A DNA stretch of 63,890 bases, counting the filler, from Atractiella rhizophila (Eukaryota): NCBI GenBank assembly GCA_021432655.1. It is 5 parts of 5 records of this genome, joined end to end, with 100 filler letters (N's around TTAATTAATTAA, not from the genome) between each part and the next. Parts side by side here need not be neighbours in the genome. Positions count along the whole stretch, not along the records: positions 1 to 23,550 come from MU271376.1; positions 23,651 to 53,643 come from MU271380.1; 3 more parts are not named here. One strand, 5' to 3'. Below the pieces are notes generated by a model. That model saw only the letters and a list, made by a program, of their open reading frames with translations. It did not search any database and was not told where the DNA came from. This document shows, piece by piece, positions 13,437 through 26,739 of this stretch. Both the position numbers and the translations under genes were made by a program. How positions within the stretch are numbered: the stretch's first letter is position 1; every line of letters starts with the position of its first letter.

Positions 13437-13839
13437 GGTCAGGATGCTAGTGCGATGTTAGGGATTTTTAATACTTCAGATTGAGGAGAAGCTGATTGGT
13501 CGTTTTGAGGAGGAAGGCATTTGTTGGGCATTGTTGTTGCATCCTTTGTTGAGAAATCAGCTCGATCATCCATTCCGTTGCCCGCCTCCCCCGCAGCACT
13601 TCCTACGACTTAGGGTGTGGATAGAGTCCTGGAAAATGTAGATGGTGGGAAAGGAAGGGGCGTACACACGATGCACACGAAAATAAACCAAGGTGGCCAC
13701 TTTTCTCTGAACTCAAAATGGGTTATGTGTGCTTTCTCCTGAGGTATCATAACATCCGTACATTAACGAAACATACACTACAAATTCGGCCTCGTTTAAT
13801 TGATGGCGAAATCCCATATTATTCTATGGCCTTGTCGAG

Positions 13840-15270
13840 TTATCCCTGCTTGGCGGCCTGAATGGCGAGGAGCAGCCCCCAAACAGAAGTAACCGTTTGG
13901 ATCAATGTGCAAATTCCAACAATTACCGCAAATAAACTACCCCAAAATAAGAACGGCTGTTCTCTCATGTTTCGGCTGATGTCTCGCCTCAAACGCTGGT
14001 GGAACGAATTGCGGTACCTGATCTCCCGCTCCAAGTCGTGTATCCTGCTTGCGAAAACCTTGCAGGCAGTCAGACATTGTTGAGAATCAAGGTGTTAAGA
14101 CTTCCTCACGTTTGGTTCGGTAGCTGTCATGGGCATGTTCATCATAAGGAAGTTGAGGAGCCTTTGTGCATCCTCTGAGTTTGGTAAGAGCTGGTGAACT
14201 CTGGCCAACTCGTTCGTGTGTTGAGTTCCAAAAAGCCCATGGAGTGATGCAATAATTTCAGAACCCATGGATTGAACACCAAGTGCACTAGAAAATAAGA
14301 TCAGAGTCAATGATGTGATTGACTAGGAGAACAGACTTCGCAATCCGATTGCGATCGAAGTCAAAGTTAGCAAGGGCGATTGTCACCTGAAGGTCAGGTC
14401 TGAAAATCAGGACTTCCCCCTTCACAATGGTCAAGTGCTCAGGTATGCTCGATGTAGAAGCTACTCTCAACCCCGTGGCAAGAATATCTTCCAAGCTGAT
14501 CTTGAATGAGCAGTGATTGTTTCTCCTTTTCTTTCGCGGAAAGATGGATTGAAAAACCTCCTTAAATGTTGAACCCGACGTGGACCAAATTGTGTCATGG
14601 TCATAACAATACAAGATGTTGAGGAACATCCATCGAGGATTGTAAAGTAACTATTAAGAATATTGTAAGGGCCGCAAGCTCTAGGATAGAAACGACAGAC
14701 AAGGTCACATGATTGGTCCGTCCTGATTCTACTATCTTCAAGAAAAGCCTGAATACTCCCGTTCGGGTTATTTTTAATAAATCCCACAAGATCTTCATGA
14801 TATTTGATATATTTCTGAACCGAGGGTCGGGTTAGACCAGGATGAGAAAATGCACGAGTCCGATAATATGTTTCGATGTGATGAGGTTGCCGAACCCGAG
14901 CGGCGAGGGAATCGGGGTCATTTTGGTCCAAGTCGTATAATGCTGTAATCAGTTTCTCCCTATCGCTGCGCCCCCATGCAGTTGAAGTTTGATTGAAGAG
15001 GCTGTCCAATGTGCCTGGTCTCACCGGATCACTTCGGATTCTGCAGACAGACATTGAGTAGGGAGGGTGGGAAACTGTTGCAGAGCCTACGACGAAGAGG
15101 TCCCCGGAGAAGATGCTTCGGCAGCCATTGATCAGCGACGCGTTTGTACGAATTGAGTGAGGCTGTAAACTGATGGAGTCCCTCTTTTTTGGCTGATATC
15201 TGGACTTATAGGAGGGCGGCGGAGCCTGCTCTTCCAGCCATGGGATTATAAGGACGTGGAGGCTGTGCAC
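13840..15270 (-). CDS. fungal hypothetical protein with C-terminal transmembrane segment; start uncertain
   Basis: Chain of overlapping minus-strand ORFs linked by short introns. It contains GLRVASTSSIPEHLTIVKGEVLIFR and ends FLFWGSLFAVIVGICTLIQTVTSVWGLLLA, a pattern seen in a widespread uncharacterised fungal family. Confidence 0.6.
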
Positions 15271-17439
15271 CCTTTTTTTGTCGACTAGTGAGTGTGTGGT
15301 GCAGAACTGAAGCTTGAACGCTTCAACTCAAAAGTGCTGAGAAATCCGGAATATAGAATTTCTGATCTCCTGGACGCTCTGAGGCTCATTCTATTTTGGA
15401 AGGCATCGATTCACGTACATGACTTTTATAGTGGGTGCAATCAGTTTCCCTGAATACAGGGGAAGGTCTCGATCTGTCAGATTCTGGTCCGTTTGAATCA
15501 GTAAAGTAATTAGATTTTAGTTGACTGGGCACTTGCACGTAGGCGATCACGCTGCAGGAGAACTTGAGCATGTAGAACTTTTCTCTGGAGATTTCTTCAC
15601 ACACAGAGACGGTCTAAGAATGCGCCATCCATCTCCTAATATTCAGGTCCTATTTATATCGATCAACACTTTTTTCATTGTACATCAGAAAGCGACTGAC
15701 CTTTGACTTCGAACTATTCGGCTCCGAGACCGTAAAGCATCTCCATCGCCTCCTTACAATCTCCACTTCTAGGAAAACATGCTCCGAGGAAGGGATATGC
15801 CTGAGCTGGCTCCTGATAGAAAGGAGGGGAAAAGCGTCTTTTCAGTACCAAAGGACACTCCTGATCGTTGCTCCAGATATGAAGGCTTCTAAGCATAGAA
15901 ACGGGGGAGAGTAAATCTGGTACCTAATTCATTGAAGTAAGAATCTAAAATTTAAAGGGATTCAAGGTACTGGGCAACCTCTTGTAGGATTTCGAATGGC
16001 GAGATGCAAGTCGGATGCTCCATGTCAAAGCAGCTCTCAAATCGTCCATCAAACAGCCTCAAAGGGCGCACCGTATAAGTTGTTGCTCGTTCTCAACTCT
16101 TCCTTCCACAAATATTCGCCCGGTTGTGACAGACTGAAGAAGATGTGATGACGCCCCTGCAGAGGTTGTGCGAGAGTGTTCCATGACGAAGAAACACAAC
16201 GAGTTAGAAATCCTTCTCAGTGAGGAAATAAATATCAGCACATGAATGTCTTCCAACATTTACTATCATCGAGCCTTAAATCATCATCACACAGCTTCAC
16301 TTTTCACTCACCTTTTTGAACAAATGTTGCCGATCCTCAAAAGCCGTGTCAAAAGTCGTCCATGTCCTGACTGTGAGCGCGATGATGATCCAGCCGAAGT
16401 TCTTGTTTCGTGAACGCTTGAGTCATAGTCATAAATTGTTTCGGTGACGTAATTTATGCAGCGCTCCTGCTACACTTTATTTTGGCTTTATCGCTCCCCA
16501 GTCATGCCAGTGAGTCCGTCCCATACATTGCTCTCTCAGCGTGCTTCAGCTGATTTCGGCGCAAAGCTAACGTCCCACCCTCCATGCCAGCCTGAAGCCT
16601 GTGCCATCCAGTCCGTTTCTACACTTTCGCTTTCGTCTAAAGACCCTTGAATGACTGACGGTGTACAGGGACTGTTTTACTGCCAACCCGTCACGGCCGG
16701 AGAAGTGCGATGCAACGGTCTTCAAACTTTAGTTCGTCTTCTCCCACGCCAACAGACGAATCAGTGAATTGGAGGGTGCTAGCGACTGCTGTAAACAGAT
16801 GTACGAGAAATCAGGGGATAGTGGAGAAGCTAAGCGGAGAGGAAAAGGAGAGGGCGGGAATGAAGGAAGTACGGCGTGTCCTGTGAAGAGTGTGACAATG
16901 CGGAAGTGGGGGGAGATGAAGGAGCGGCTGGAACTGGAAGCGAAGTAGTGAAGGAGCCTGGAGGTGCGCTTCTTCCCTCCATTATTTGAATGGGAGAATG
17001 GCGTGCCTCTCAAGTCCATTAAGCAAGCGGCGTTGCTTTCAGAGCTGTAATAATCGATGAACTGAAGTAGTATCAATGTACTTGAAGCTTCGAGAAGCAT
17101 GTGATACTTTATAACCCAAGTCAGCGCTGTAGCAAAAACTTCAACATACATCTCCGATGTGGGTCGATATTGTGAATTATGCATTCTCTGTACTAGGACT
17201 TTCTTCCTGCCGACATTATTGCCACAATTTTAGAAGAACGAGGACAGAGATCCCAGAGTCAACACCAGCTAGCGTGAAATGCCTAGCTGATTCGGCTATG
17301 GGGCATTAGGACTTGACCACACAGCTTCTGTTGTATGTCTCGAATGCAATGACATATTGGTAGGGGATTGTTTCTTTGTTGCTCCTCTTGATTGCATTTC
17401 GTTCCTCCAATAGTTTCTTCCCTCGCCCATCCTGATGTA

Positions 17440-17990
17440 GAGACCTTGGCGAAGAGGCGAGATTGTGCGAGAGGGAGGAGGTTCTTTGCTGTGCTTGAAA
17501 AAGCTTGTACTTCGAAACACCTTCAAATCACTGCGTCCTTTCAACATTTGTCACAACCTTCACCCTTGGCCACTCGTGAACGGCGCTTCTGCCTGGTGAG
17601 CACTTTCTTTCAGCCAACTCAAAGTTGTTTCGCCTTATTCTCCCTTTCCGAAGCGCCAATTCAATCTCTCAAGTTTATATGTGGACAAAAAGCTCAAGAG
17701 TAAAGGACTTGGTATTCTCAGGCTTTTCACAATTCAGAAGGATCATTGTCCAGCTTTGAATGTAATCACAAATGCTTTCACAGCTCTCTTATCTCTACTG
17801 TGGGGACGAAACAATCGTGATCCAAAGCTCGCTAGTGTCTTTAGAATTATGGGCTCTTGACTAAGGACGCGGACGTAATGACCCTGAAGTACAACTCCTT
17901 CGTGTGCGAAGGTCTGAAAACGGTCGCTTGGCGCGTGTGGTTAGCCCTGGCGGACCGTCCGACCAAGGCTTCTTCCCTTCTCTGAAGCCT
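17440..17990 (+). pseudogene. decayed relic of the F-box/LRR-like family (3' half)
   Basis: Nucleotide matches to both paralogs, e.g. ttatctctactgtggggacgaaacaatc (~17788) vs ttatctctactgtggaggacgaaataatc (~7957), and ccaattcaatctctca vs ccaattcaagctctca. There is no intact ORF. Confidence 0.65.
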
Positions 17991-18570
17991 GTTAACAATA
18001 GTCCGTTGGCGAACTTAACCGTATAGCAGCCGGGTATGGTTGGAAGTGTTGGTCAGTCCTCTGCTGATCGATACCGACATCTTAAAGTCTGTAATGATAG
18101 GCTACTGGAGCTCACCATGAACGTCTTGAACACGTTAAGATGAATGTTTGCTCCGAGATCTTGTTTTCGTATTCCTCCCTTGAACGCAATGGCAGCTTCT
18201 GGATGTTACACAAGTTTGAGTTTACCCTATGGAAGAACAGAATATGGCTTTGTCCGTCAATTTTGGTCGAAATGCAAGTTTAGGCGATGCCTTCGTTCTC
18301 TACTTTTATTGCTTATAACTCAGATTGTTACTATCAATCCAGTAGAATCAAGATGTCCCTAATCTGGATCATGTGAATGTAACGGACCACTACAGAATGC
18401 AGAAAGCGGAGCCGAGATAAGAGCCAGGGCTAGGGTTGAAGAAGCTCAAGTGAACATTGAAACTGCCTACATCCAGTAATGCCTGCAATAACACTAATGT
18501 GAGTGCATTAATACACAAAAGATGGCGGAGTGATTAAGGCTCGTGCTCAAGGAACATTGCACCTCATAAG

Positions 18571-19938
18571 ATGACGGTGCCACGAGAAAGCAGGGGGGAC
18601 ACGCGACCAGTAATTTTGGAGGACGTTCTGTTATTGATATTCTGTTTCATGCGCCACAACGACCTATCAGCCTGTTGTCGCGTTTCTTCGTCGTGGAACG
18701 CTGTTGCACAACCTATTCTGGAGCGACGGCGTCACTTCATGCTAAGTCTCGCCCAGGGAGATGATACGCAGGGGCAGATGGTTGTTGAGACGGAGCGACA
18801 GCTTATACGGTCCAGGAATGTCAGGAACATTCGCCATTTGACACTATGGACTGGAGGATTCGAAAGTAAACGGCTCAACAACGACAATCCAAGTTGCATC
18901 TCAATGTTCGAAGTCCTACAAGATGTCGCTCCTTACCTCACATCACTTCGCATAGCATTTTACTTCCCTTCACTAGGTGGCGCCTTTACCTTCCCCCCAT
19001 TTCCTATGCTTAGAAGCCTTACTGTCGACAACACCGATGCCGAACTTCCCTTTGCATTTGACGAGGCTTTCCCACATCTCTCTGTGAGCAGCCTCAGGGA
19101 ACTATTCCTCAAAGGAATTGATCAGCTCTCGGCATTCCATCTCGCCTGTAGCACCCTGGTTCACCTCGAAGTGGCAACTCGACGAGGAGATATTGACGAG
19201 GAGACGAGAAGGAGATTTAGTTCTCTAGCATCCTTAAAAAGGCTTCAATGGATTTCTGAAACCGCCCCAGTTAACTGTATCCTTCCGATCTCTATCACAG
19301 ACCTCACACTTTGGCGTAAAGCTGACCGTAGTTTGAATCCGCAATCGTGGTCCATTGAGATGGCTTTTCCAAACTTCCCGGATCTCTCAAACCTTTGCTC
19401 CTTGGTTCTGTTACAATGTCTTCCTTTATCTGCGAATTTTCCAAACTGTAAATTCAAAATCTCAGAACTAGGAGTAGACGGTAGCCTGTGGCGTGAAGGA
19501 GACGGTATCTTCAAGTTGTTACACAACTCAGCAACATCTTTATCCAAATTTGATTTTCCGATCACAAGCAACTGGCGCTTTCGCGAGCTCCTTTATTTCT
19601 GCTGCGGAGGAAGAAACAATCCGAATCCGACATTTGTTGATGCTTTCAGAGCGATCAACTCTAGGCTCAGCATTGTGGACATTCACGACGGCCGTTATGG
19701 GTTCGAAGACAGCGTGCAGGGGGATCTGGAATGTGGTAGACTAATGTTTTATTGGGGTGTTGGCGCAGCTGACATTGCAGCTGCGTTACAAAGTGCGATT
19801 ATGGAAGGATCACTCCCTGCTTTGAAGCTTGTTTCCCTTCAACTAGAGATGGACAGGGAGGCGATGGAGTCATTTTACCGTTTAGGATCCGAAAATCAAT
19901 TCGAAGTCAAAGGTCAGGACAGCGAGCGGAAACATTGA
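18571..19938 (+). CDS. F-box / LRR-like protein (intact, coding region intronless)
   Basis: 455-aa ORF with N-terminal F-box-like VILEDVLLLIFCFMRHNDLSACCRVSSSWNAVAQPIL followed by LxxLxL repeats. Confidence 0.82.
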   Translation: MTVPRESRGDTRPVILEDVLLLIFCFMRHNDLSACCRVSSSWNAVAQPILERRRHFMLSLAQGDDTQGQMVVETERQLIRSRNVRNIRHLTLWTGGFESKRLNNDNPSCISMFEVLQDVAPYLTSLRIAFYFPSLGGAFTFPPFPMLRSLTVDNTDAELPFAFDEAFPHLSVSSLRELFLKGIDQLSAFHLACSTLVHLEVATRRGDIDEETRRRFSSLASLKRLQWISETAPVNCILPISITDLTLWRKADRSLNPQSWSIEMAFPNFPDLSNLCSLVLLQCLPLSANFPNCKFKISELGVDGSLWREGDGIFKLLHNSATSLSKFDFPITSNWRFRELLYFCCGGRNNPNPTFVDAFRAINSRLSIVDIHDGRYGFEDSVQGDLECGRLMFYWGVGAADIAAALQSAIMEGSLPALKLVSLQLEMDREAMESFYRLGSENQFEVKGQDSERKH

Positions 19939-22540
19939 TCATCCTTAGTTGGGTGGAATATCTGAAGAGCAACGTTGCATGCCTGCGTCGCCTCCCATCG
20001 GCAGCCGTGCAGGGGCTACAGTACTATGTCTGCTACACTGAAAGTTTCATTCATCTTGAAATGCAACTACTCTTGAATTCCCCACTCATGTCATCGGCTC
20101 GAGTTCTCTGAGGTCAACAAGGTCATTCGTAGCCCTTAGGTTACCACGACCATCGAACGTCGAAAGCAAGATATTCCTTTTTCTTGCACCGGGAACTACA
20201 GCGACATTGTTCAGCTGCACAACTGCTTTCTCTGGGGAGTTGATGGGAACCCTTTTCAATTCGCTCGTCCATACCAGATGTTAGCCAATTGCATTTTGGG
20301 AGACGCGTCGCCTGCAATCAAGGATTCGCAGTCAGGTCTCCAGAGTACATGCGGCAAAATGAGCTAGGATATTCGGTACAAAGTGGTAAGAAGCGTCAGT
20401 GGTACCCGTCCCCGTCCACATGTGATCAAGAAAGGCATTTTGAGGATTATGACACATCGAGTTAGAGAGAGAACGTCTGAATCCACACAGTAAAATTGAG
20501 AGACAGTTTAACTGGACGGTACATTGTGAAGTTCTGTGACACACTGGCTGCTTGTGAGGGCGGAGCCTAGATCCATGTTGAGAAGGTAGTGAGTGGTTTG
20601 TAAGATTGAGGCAAATGATTGACATCTCAGAGAGGAGTTGATGCTCAAATATGTGCTCTCGCTTTATCAACTCATTATTGAACAAGACTGACAACCCCTG
20701 CTGTTAAGTAGGCAGGCGACATGGCTTTCTTGCGGACGGGAAGAACTCAGTCAAATGCAGACCGAAAGTGAAGAGACCTCCGAAGAAGAGAACTTTGTAA
20801 CGAGGTCCTCCGAGCAGATTTCCACATTGATCAGCTTATCGATGGAGCTGGTCGCTTCGTTCAATCTGGAGCAAAAGCAGAAAGCTCCTGACCTTCAGCG
20901 AGTATGAATCTATTGAGGATTCGAACGTCTCTCCACCCTGATTTCTTCAACCACCTGCGCCGTGTGAACGAGAAGAACGGGAACTGAAGTCGCGAACGAG
21001 CGTTCCAACGCATTCGTCGCTGTTGACGTTCGTCACTGCGCCGCGACCATCCATTCAAGGCCATTCAACTGGAGCGGAACGAACGGTTCTAAACCAATAT
21101 ACAGATTGCATCCTGCTTCCTCAAGCGTTTCCAATTGCGATGTACAAGCGATGGAATTGTCAGGGTTGTAGGGGTTTTGAAGGGAGAAGCGTACAGGGGC
21201 ACAAGTAGCTGACTAAACACCGGATAGTATCAGTATCAAATCAACCAAAGCGCCAAACCAAAACCATTAGACCAAACGAAGATGAAGAACAGAGGAAGAA
21301 AGAAGACGCGGATCTAGAGAACTGGCACTCAATTGCCCCATAATTCCCTTCTCGTTCTATGCGGGAAGTTTGGGATACGGACCTTTGAAATCCCACCACG
21401 TTTGAATTGCTACCAATGGAGAGCAGATAGGGCGTCCTGTATCATAGGAAGCCTATCGAAGCCAGGTAGCTGCCGAGCGGAACATAGCTGAGTTCTAGAA
21501 CGTCGTCCCTTTGTTTTCGGGACCTGAGATTGAATGCAGTGTCAAATGTGGGTATCCATGTTTGCTCATTTTGGAGTTCGCGAAGACTTCTCCTAAGCAA
21601 ACAATCTTATCAACGCATGCTCTCACTTTCTGGCCTTCCGAGCCTGTTGTCCGCTCTGATAATTCTCGTGAAAAGCACGATAATTCCATGATTTTAGGCG
21701 GTTCCGAAGACTCTCGTCAACAGGTCAAGAGCTCTCAAGACTAATTACTGCTTCATTGAGAGATCGAGAGGAGAAAGGACCTGGTAAAACTTGAAGCAGA
21801 GTTTGCGCATCTGACCTCGTCTGAGATGTAAGGCGCCGAGTCGCTTGTCTGTGGAGTTGCGCAATGCATGGGTGATGCATCCAGAACGGGCCGTAATTGC
21901 ATTACTGGATTGGAGCCGCCCAAAGAAGTGTGGGCCGGGTCAAAGCGCTTCTCTCTTGTCTTCCTTCTTGCCGCCCTTGCAGCATGCAGCGGAATAATCG
22001 CTTCTACCTTCGAGCGAAGACCTGTGGTGGACATGATTTTGCTTCCCGTGGACAATTCTGCTCGATAAGTGCCGGGTGAACAAGGAGGACAACTCCTGTT
22101 GTTGTCCAAATAAATTGATTTGGCTGAAGATAAGCGGACAGATGGACGCGTGAATGCTGAATTAGAGCTGATTTCACCCACAGTTTCGGCGGACCTTATC
22201 TTTGCTAACCCAGTTGTTCTATGGGCATCTGCTTGCCCTGAGCTGAAGACCTCCCTCTCATCTGACTTCTGAGGGAACATGAGGGATAGCAAAGCAGGCA
22301 CGATGGCATGTGATGGAATCCAAAATGAAACTGGGATACTTGACATCCTGAAAAACAGTTCGGTTGCGTGAGCTCGTCTGAAAGAAAGCAAGCAAAAGCA
22401 TAAATTAATTCGAATTAACTTTAGCATTAACCTAATCTGCGACCATGCGTTTGCCGGATAAATCTAGTTTCTTCTTATAAAAGTTGCCCTCACCATGAGC
22501 ATCACCCAACTTCGACTAATTCGACTGTCCAAGAACAAGC

Positions 22541-23550
22541 ATGACACTTTCAACTCCCCCTCCCGCGTCAGCATCAGACGCCACTGTCGCGGTGCCTATT
22601 TCGTACGGCGCATCTCAATCCAAGCTATTAGCTATTGGCATCGGTCGAGGGAGGCCTCCTGGCGCACTCAACAGCGATGGATCGAAGCCAAAAAGGAAGA
22701 GGATCACGCCTGAGCAACTGGAGGTCCTCACTGAGCTCTTCGAGCAGACCGACACCCCAAGTTTCGAGTGAGTGTCTCATCGCTTTCCTTTCTCAAATCC
22801 AAATTCCTTCCATCCCCCACCACCTGCCTTGTTCCTCAGGTGCACAGCTTGGAAATGTGCTTTCACGCGCTTCGGAGCTCGCGATCTCCTTGCGACGCCT
22901 ACCAGATGGGGATTAGATGAAATTTCGCAAGCCTCGCGCTAGAGAGCTATTCATGGTCCCGGCTTCCCTATCTCAGGGTTCTCATCCAGAGCTTGACGCC
23001 TCGAGGTCGGAGTTTGGGATAATTCACCAATTATCCATCGCAGCGTTTGGCTCTCGACCGAGCGCTTGTCTTGTCCTCTGAGTGTGCTGGGTGTGGCCCG
23101 TGCCCAGTGCTTTGGTTACCGTCACTGACCATATCCTGCGGGATTCCTTTCATTCCACAGAATACGCGAATCCCTCGCGGGCCGACTGTCGATGACGAAC
23201 AGGGAGGTCCAGGTGTGGTTTCAGAATCGTAGAGCCAAGATGAATCGACTGCGAGCTCAAGGCCACCCTGTCCCAGCGTCCAATAACCCAGAGAAGGCGG
23301 CGGCGCTCGCGGGGGTTCAGAACGTTCAGGCATCGAACAGCAAATCAGGACCAAAGTTTAGAAAGGTTGTTTCGCCAAAAGATGGAAAGGTCGCGAGACC
23401 GTCTCCGATCCATCATCAATCTCCTCCGTCCGAGCTAGGTAAACTTTTGTTCGCCGTTTCTATCTCTGAATGGTCGTGCTGATCTATCGCCTTTCGATAG
23501 TCGATTCGTCGTCGTACCATTCATTCCCCCAACCACCTCCCCACTATTAT
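22541..23550 (+). CDS. homeobox transcription factor (3' end lost in contig spacer)
   Basis: Exon 1 ends KPKRKRITPEQLEVLTELFEQTDTPSFE. A 393-nt intron (22768-23160) follows, then exon 2 IRESLAGRLSMTNREVQVWFQNRRAK (canonical helix 3). Confidence 0.92.
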
Positions 23551-23650
23551 NNNNNNNNNNNNNNNNNNNNNNNNNNNNNNNNNNNNNNNNNNNNTTAATT
23601 AATTAANNNNNNNNNNNNNNNNNNNNNNNNNNNNNNNNNNNNNNNNNNNN
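23551..23650. other. artificial contig spacer
   Basis: N-run + TTAATTAATTAA (six-frame stop linker) + N-run, 100 nt. Confidence 0.97.
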
Positions 23651-23873
23651 TGCTTTATGCTTCCAAGCTTCCACCTCACTGGAGAGATGTTGGAGCGACT
23701 GTGAAATACCTACGAAGTTAAAATGTATGTGACTTCCATTTACAATGAGCAATAAGTGGATATGAACAGGGTAGGGAAATCTAATGCCCTTGCAGATTGA
23801 AACCAGAAACCAGAGCCTAATTGAGTCAATAAACCTATTGTCGCCGTCATCGTCTGGAAGAGCACCTAACCAA

Positions 23874-25327
23874 TCAAAAGTCTTCTACTGATATCTTTTC
23901 CTTCTCGGTATCATAACCCCATCCTTGGACGTCCCAATAACCCATAGAATTGACGAGCGAGATGAGAGGAAAGGCGAGCCAGAGGCTCCATTCCCTGTTC
24001 CCAGTATCAACAGTGTGTCGCAAAATAGCTTTTAGAATGAAACAGATAAAGGGGTTGGGAAAAAGAACGATAGATGAACGAACGACAGACCTGAACTTTC
24101 CAATCCACCATCCATCGTCTTTCCTCCCTCGTCCTTGACTCTCAGCATGCTTGATAAACCCATCTACTCGAGGAACGCGCCGAGCTACGTATTCACGTTC
24201 CCAGATTTTAGGGATGGAGGAGGGAGAGATGGGTTTATGGGAGGTGGTGATAGCGTGAAGGATGGAAGAGACGAGGGAAGCATCTTCCGCTCCCATGCCT
24301 ACGCCTTGAGCTGCGAACGGTGGGAGGGCGTGAGCAGCATCCTTCCTCCACGTCAGCAATGTTAGGACGAAAAGGAAGGGAAGATGAGACGTACGCCTAC
24401 TAGCACTATTCGTCCGTTAGGAGAGTACCACTGGCCTTTATGTTCCTTATCGGAGAGACGAAAGACAGGCCAGTAATAAATCTTCTCCGTTTTCCGTATC
24501 ACCTCCTCTATCGGCGCCGGGAAGTCCTTGTATGCCTCCAACAGTTCCTTCCTCACCTCTTCGCCGTCTGGTGCGGCTTCGTCAGGAGAAGGAGGTGTGG
24601 GTGGCGCGCGAGAGGAGAACCAGTGAATCTGAGAGTCGTCACCACGCGAATAGGATACAGAGAAGAGTCCTGCGTGCGGTGAGATGGTGCGGATCGACCG
24701 GTGCGAGGAGAGGGGGGCTAGGAGATCCTTAGGGATAGAAGATGAGGGAAGGAGACCATAGACGGTCGTAATGCCGCTGTAAACCGCTTTTGGTGCATCG
24801 GAGGAAGAAGCGTGGATCTGGGAGCGTGTGAAAGAATGGATCCCATCCGCTCCAATGACCCAGTCGAACATCCTCTCTTCTCCATCCTCAAACGTCACTC
24901 GCACTTTCGCTTCCTCCACCTCCTCCATTCGCACAGCTCGCTTCCCGAACGAGATCTTCACCCTCCCTTCGTCCTCAGGAAGGTGAGAGACGAGGTCCTC
25001 CATCAAATCTCTTCTTCCTACACGCATTCCGACGCAGCCGTCAGCTGGCCACGAGTAGAAAAATTCTCCCACCCTCTCTCCGCGTTCGTTTTGGAAGAGA
25101 ACCATTGGTGTTTTGCCTCCATATCGTCTCGGGTCGCAACCGACATGAGAGAGCAGTCGAACAGCGTTAGGGGAGAGGTTCACGGCTCCTCCGATGGTGC
25201 GAAGGGACGCGTAGACCTCGTAGATGGTGATGTGTATTTGTTCTGGAGAAGAAGAGAACTTGGAGAGGAGGAAGTGAGCGGTGAGCGGACCAATGATCCC
25301 GCAACCGAAGATGGCAATTTCCGTCAT
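23874..25327 (-). CDS. FAD-dependent monooxygenase (salicylate hydroxylase/UbiH-like, group A)
   Basis: MTEIAIFGCGIIG (GxGxxG), IGADGIHS (DG motif) and VLVG|DAAHALPP (GD motif split by an intron). Confidence 0.9.
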
Positions 25328-25674
25328 AGTTACGCGTAACTGGAGCGAACAGACGCTGCTGAGGACGTGCAGGAGTCGGAAAGAAGGGATATAAGAGTTC
25401 GCGAACTGGAAGAGGAAGGGAGAAGGAGGCGGGTCGTTCCTTCGCTGGAATCTGACAGGAAGGTGATCTCGGACGGAGCGCAAGCTGTCTCTTCGATCGA
25501 GGCCCGTCTAGGCCCGTCAGTCCATGCTTCGATTGAGAAGAAAGAGGAGCAAGGGCCGATGCAACCGAGCGAGATGGATGATTGCCTGTGGGGAGGGAGG
25601 AGACTCCCTTCTTCGGGTGCGGTTGGCCAGATTTGGACGCGCCGATCTGTCGATCGGTTTTGTTAATCATTCCG

Positions 25675-25699
25675 AAAGCTTATCTCAAAGATAAGCTTT
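25675..25699. promoter_or_regulatory. perfect 11-bp inverted repeat carrying two inverted GATAAG sites, ~350 bp upstream of the monooxygenase
   Basis: AAAGCTTATCT-CAA-AGATAAGCTTT. The regulatory function is inferred. Confidence 0.4.
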
Positions 25700-26739
25700 G
25701 GGCTAAACCTACTTCTGCTCCAATCGTTTGGTAGCCGCTTGACATTCATTATCACCTTTTGACAGGCACGTGTCTGCAGGGTTGGTGATGCAACTTAGCA
25801 CTCAACTTTTCCATCAGGCACACGCTTTGACGTGTTTGACGCTCTGAGAAAGTGACAACCTTTCCCAGACATCCTTCCGTTGTCTTCCCCTCGGAAAACC
25901 AGGGAGGCCGCGAATGTCAAGCGGGCAGCTCCATGAGGATAGCAACCAATGCCCATGGCTTTTGTTCCGATGCATCAAATGTAGGAGTGAGATGGATGGA
26001 TGCCGGAAGTTTGCGCTCCAAGGAAGCTTCGACGTTACAAATGAAACTATCTGTCATCCCGTTTGTCAGAGGTCTGGGACGTCTGTCTGGTGGAGCATCG
26101 ATGAATGTATGTAGCTGCGGCAGCTTCTCAAACTTCCATCGATGTTCCATCACCTCTCTTACAGCGCAGCAGAAGTGCAGAATTGGTGACCCGAGGGTCT
26201 TGGCTGGGAGGAATGAATCGAAGTACCCGTTCTGCCTCATCGCTTGGAGTCCTGCTCTCGAAATTCGGGAACAAGACGGGGAGAAATTACGCGCACAATG
26301 GAAACGATGGAAAGCGGAAGGATGCAAATGAAATGGAGAGATTGCAATCAGCCGGAATTCAGTGGAATGTCGCACCAGAGGCGCTGTCAGGAAGGAATCG
26401 AAGGAGGTGCTTTCCGCTTTCCGACGTTTTTGTTTCGCTTCCAGCCTTTCTCACGATTGCAAATAACGGAAGTTCGCTACGAGGGTGGGTTAGAATGGCA
26501 TGGGAGATGGCTAGCCAATGTTGGACGGCGAAAATCCAATATTTTGAGAAATTCCAAAGGAATCCATTGCAATGAGAGGCGACAACATCAGATAAGCAAC
26601 ACGAAAGGTACATTCCTCCAACTCTCCATGTAAGACCCAAAATTCACTCCTCAATAAGTCTAAGTACTCAAAAAGACGAGAATAATAAGACACTCAACAC
26701 TGTTGAATTTTCAGACTCCCATGAGACCAGCATGAACTT

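Noticed and set aside
21753..23550. Homeobox gene plus a divergent 224-codon ORF as an HD1/HD2 mating-type locus
   Set aside because: The divergent ORF has no homeodomain (no WFxNxR). The homeodomain here sits about 50 aa from the N-terminus with no long dimerisation region, and no typical MAT-linked genes are nearby.
23596..23607. TTAATTAATTAA palindrome repeated four times in the window
   Set aside because: It is always centred in N-runs, so it is an artificial six-frame stop linker, not biology.
25852..26693. Cluster of overlapping 130-160-codon ORFs on both strands
   Set aside because: They have Cys/Arg/Ser-rich random-like composition and no splice-consistent model, so they are likely 3' UTR/intergenic.
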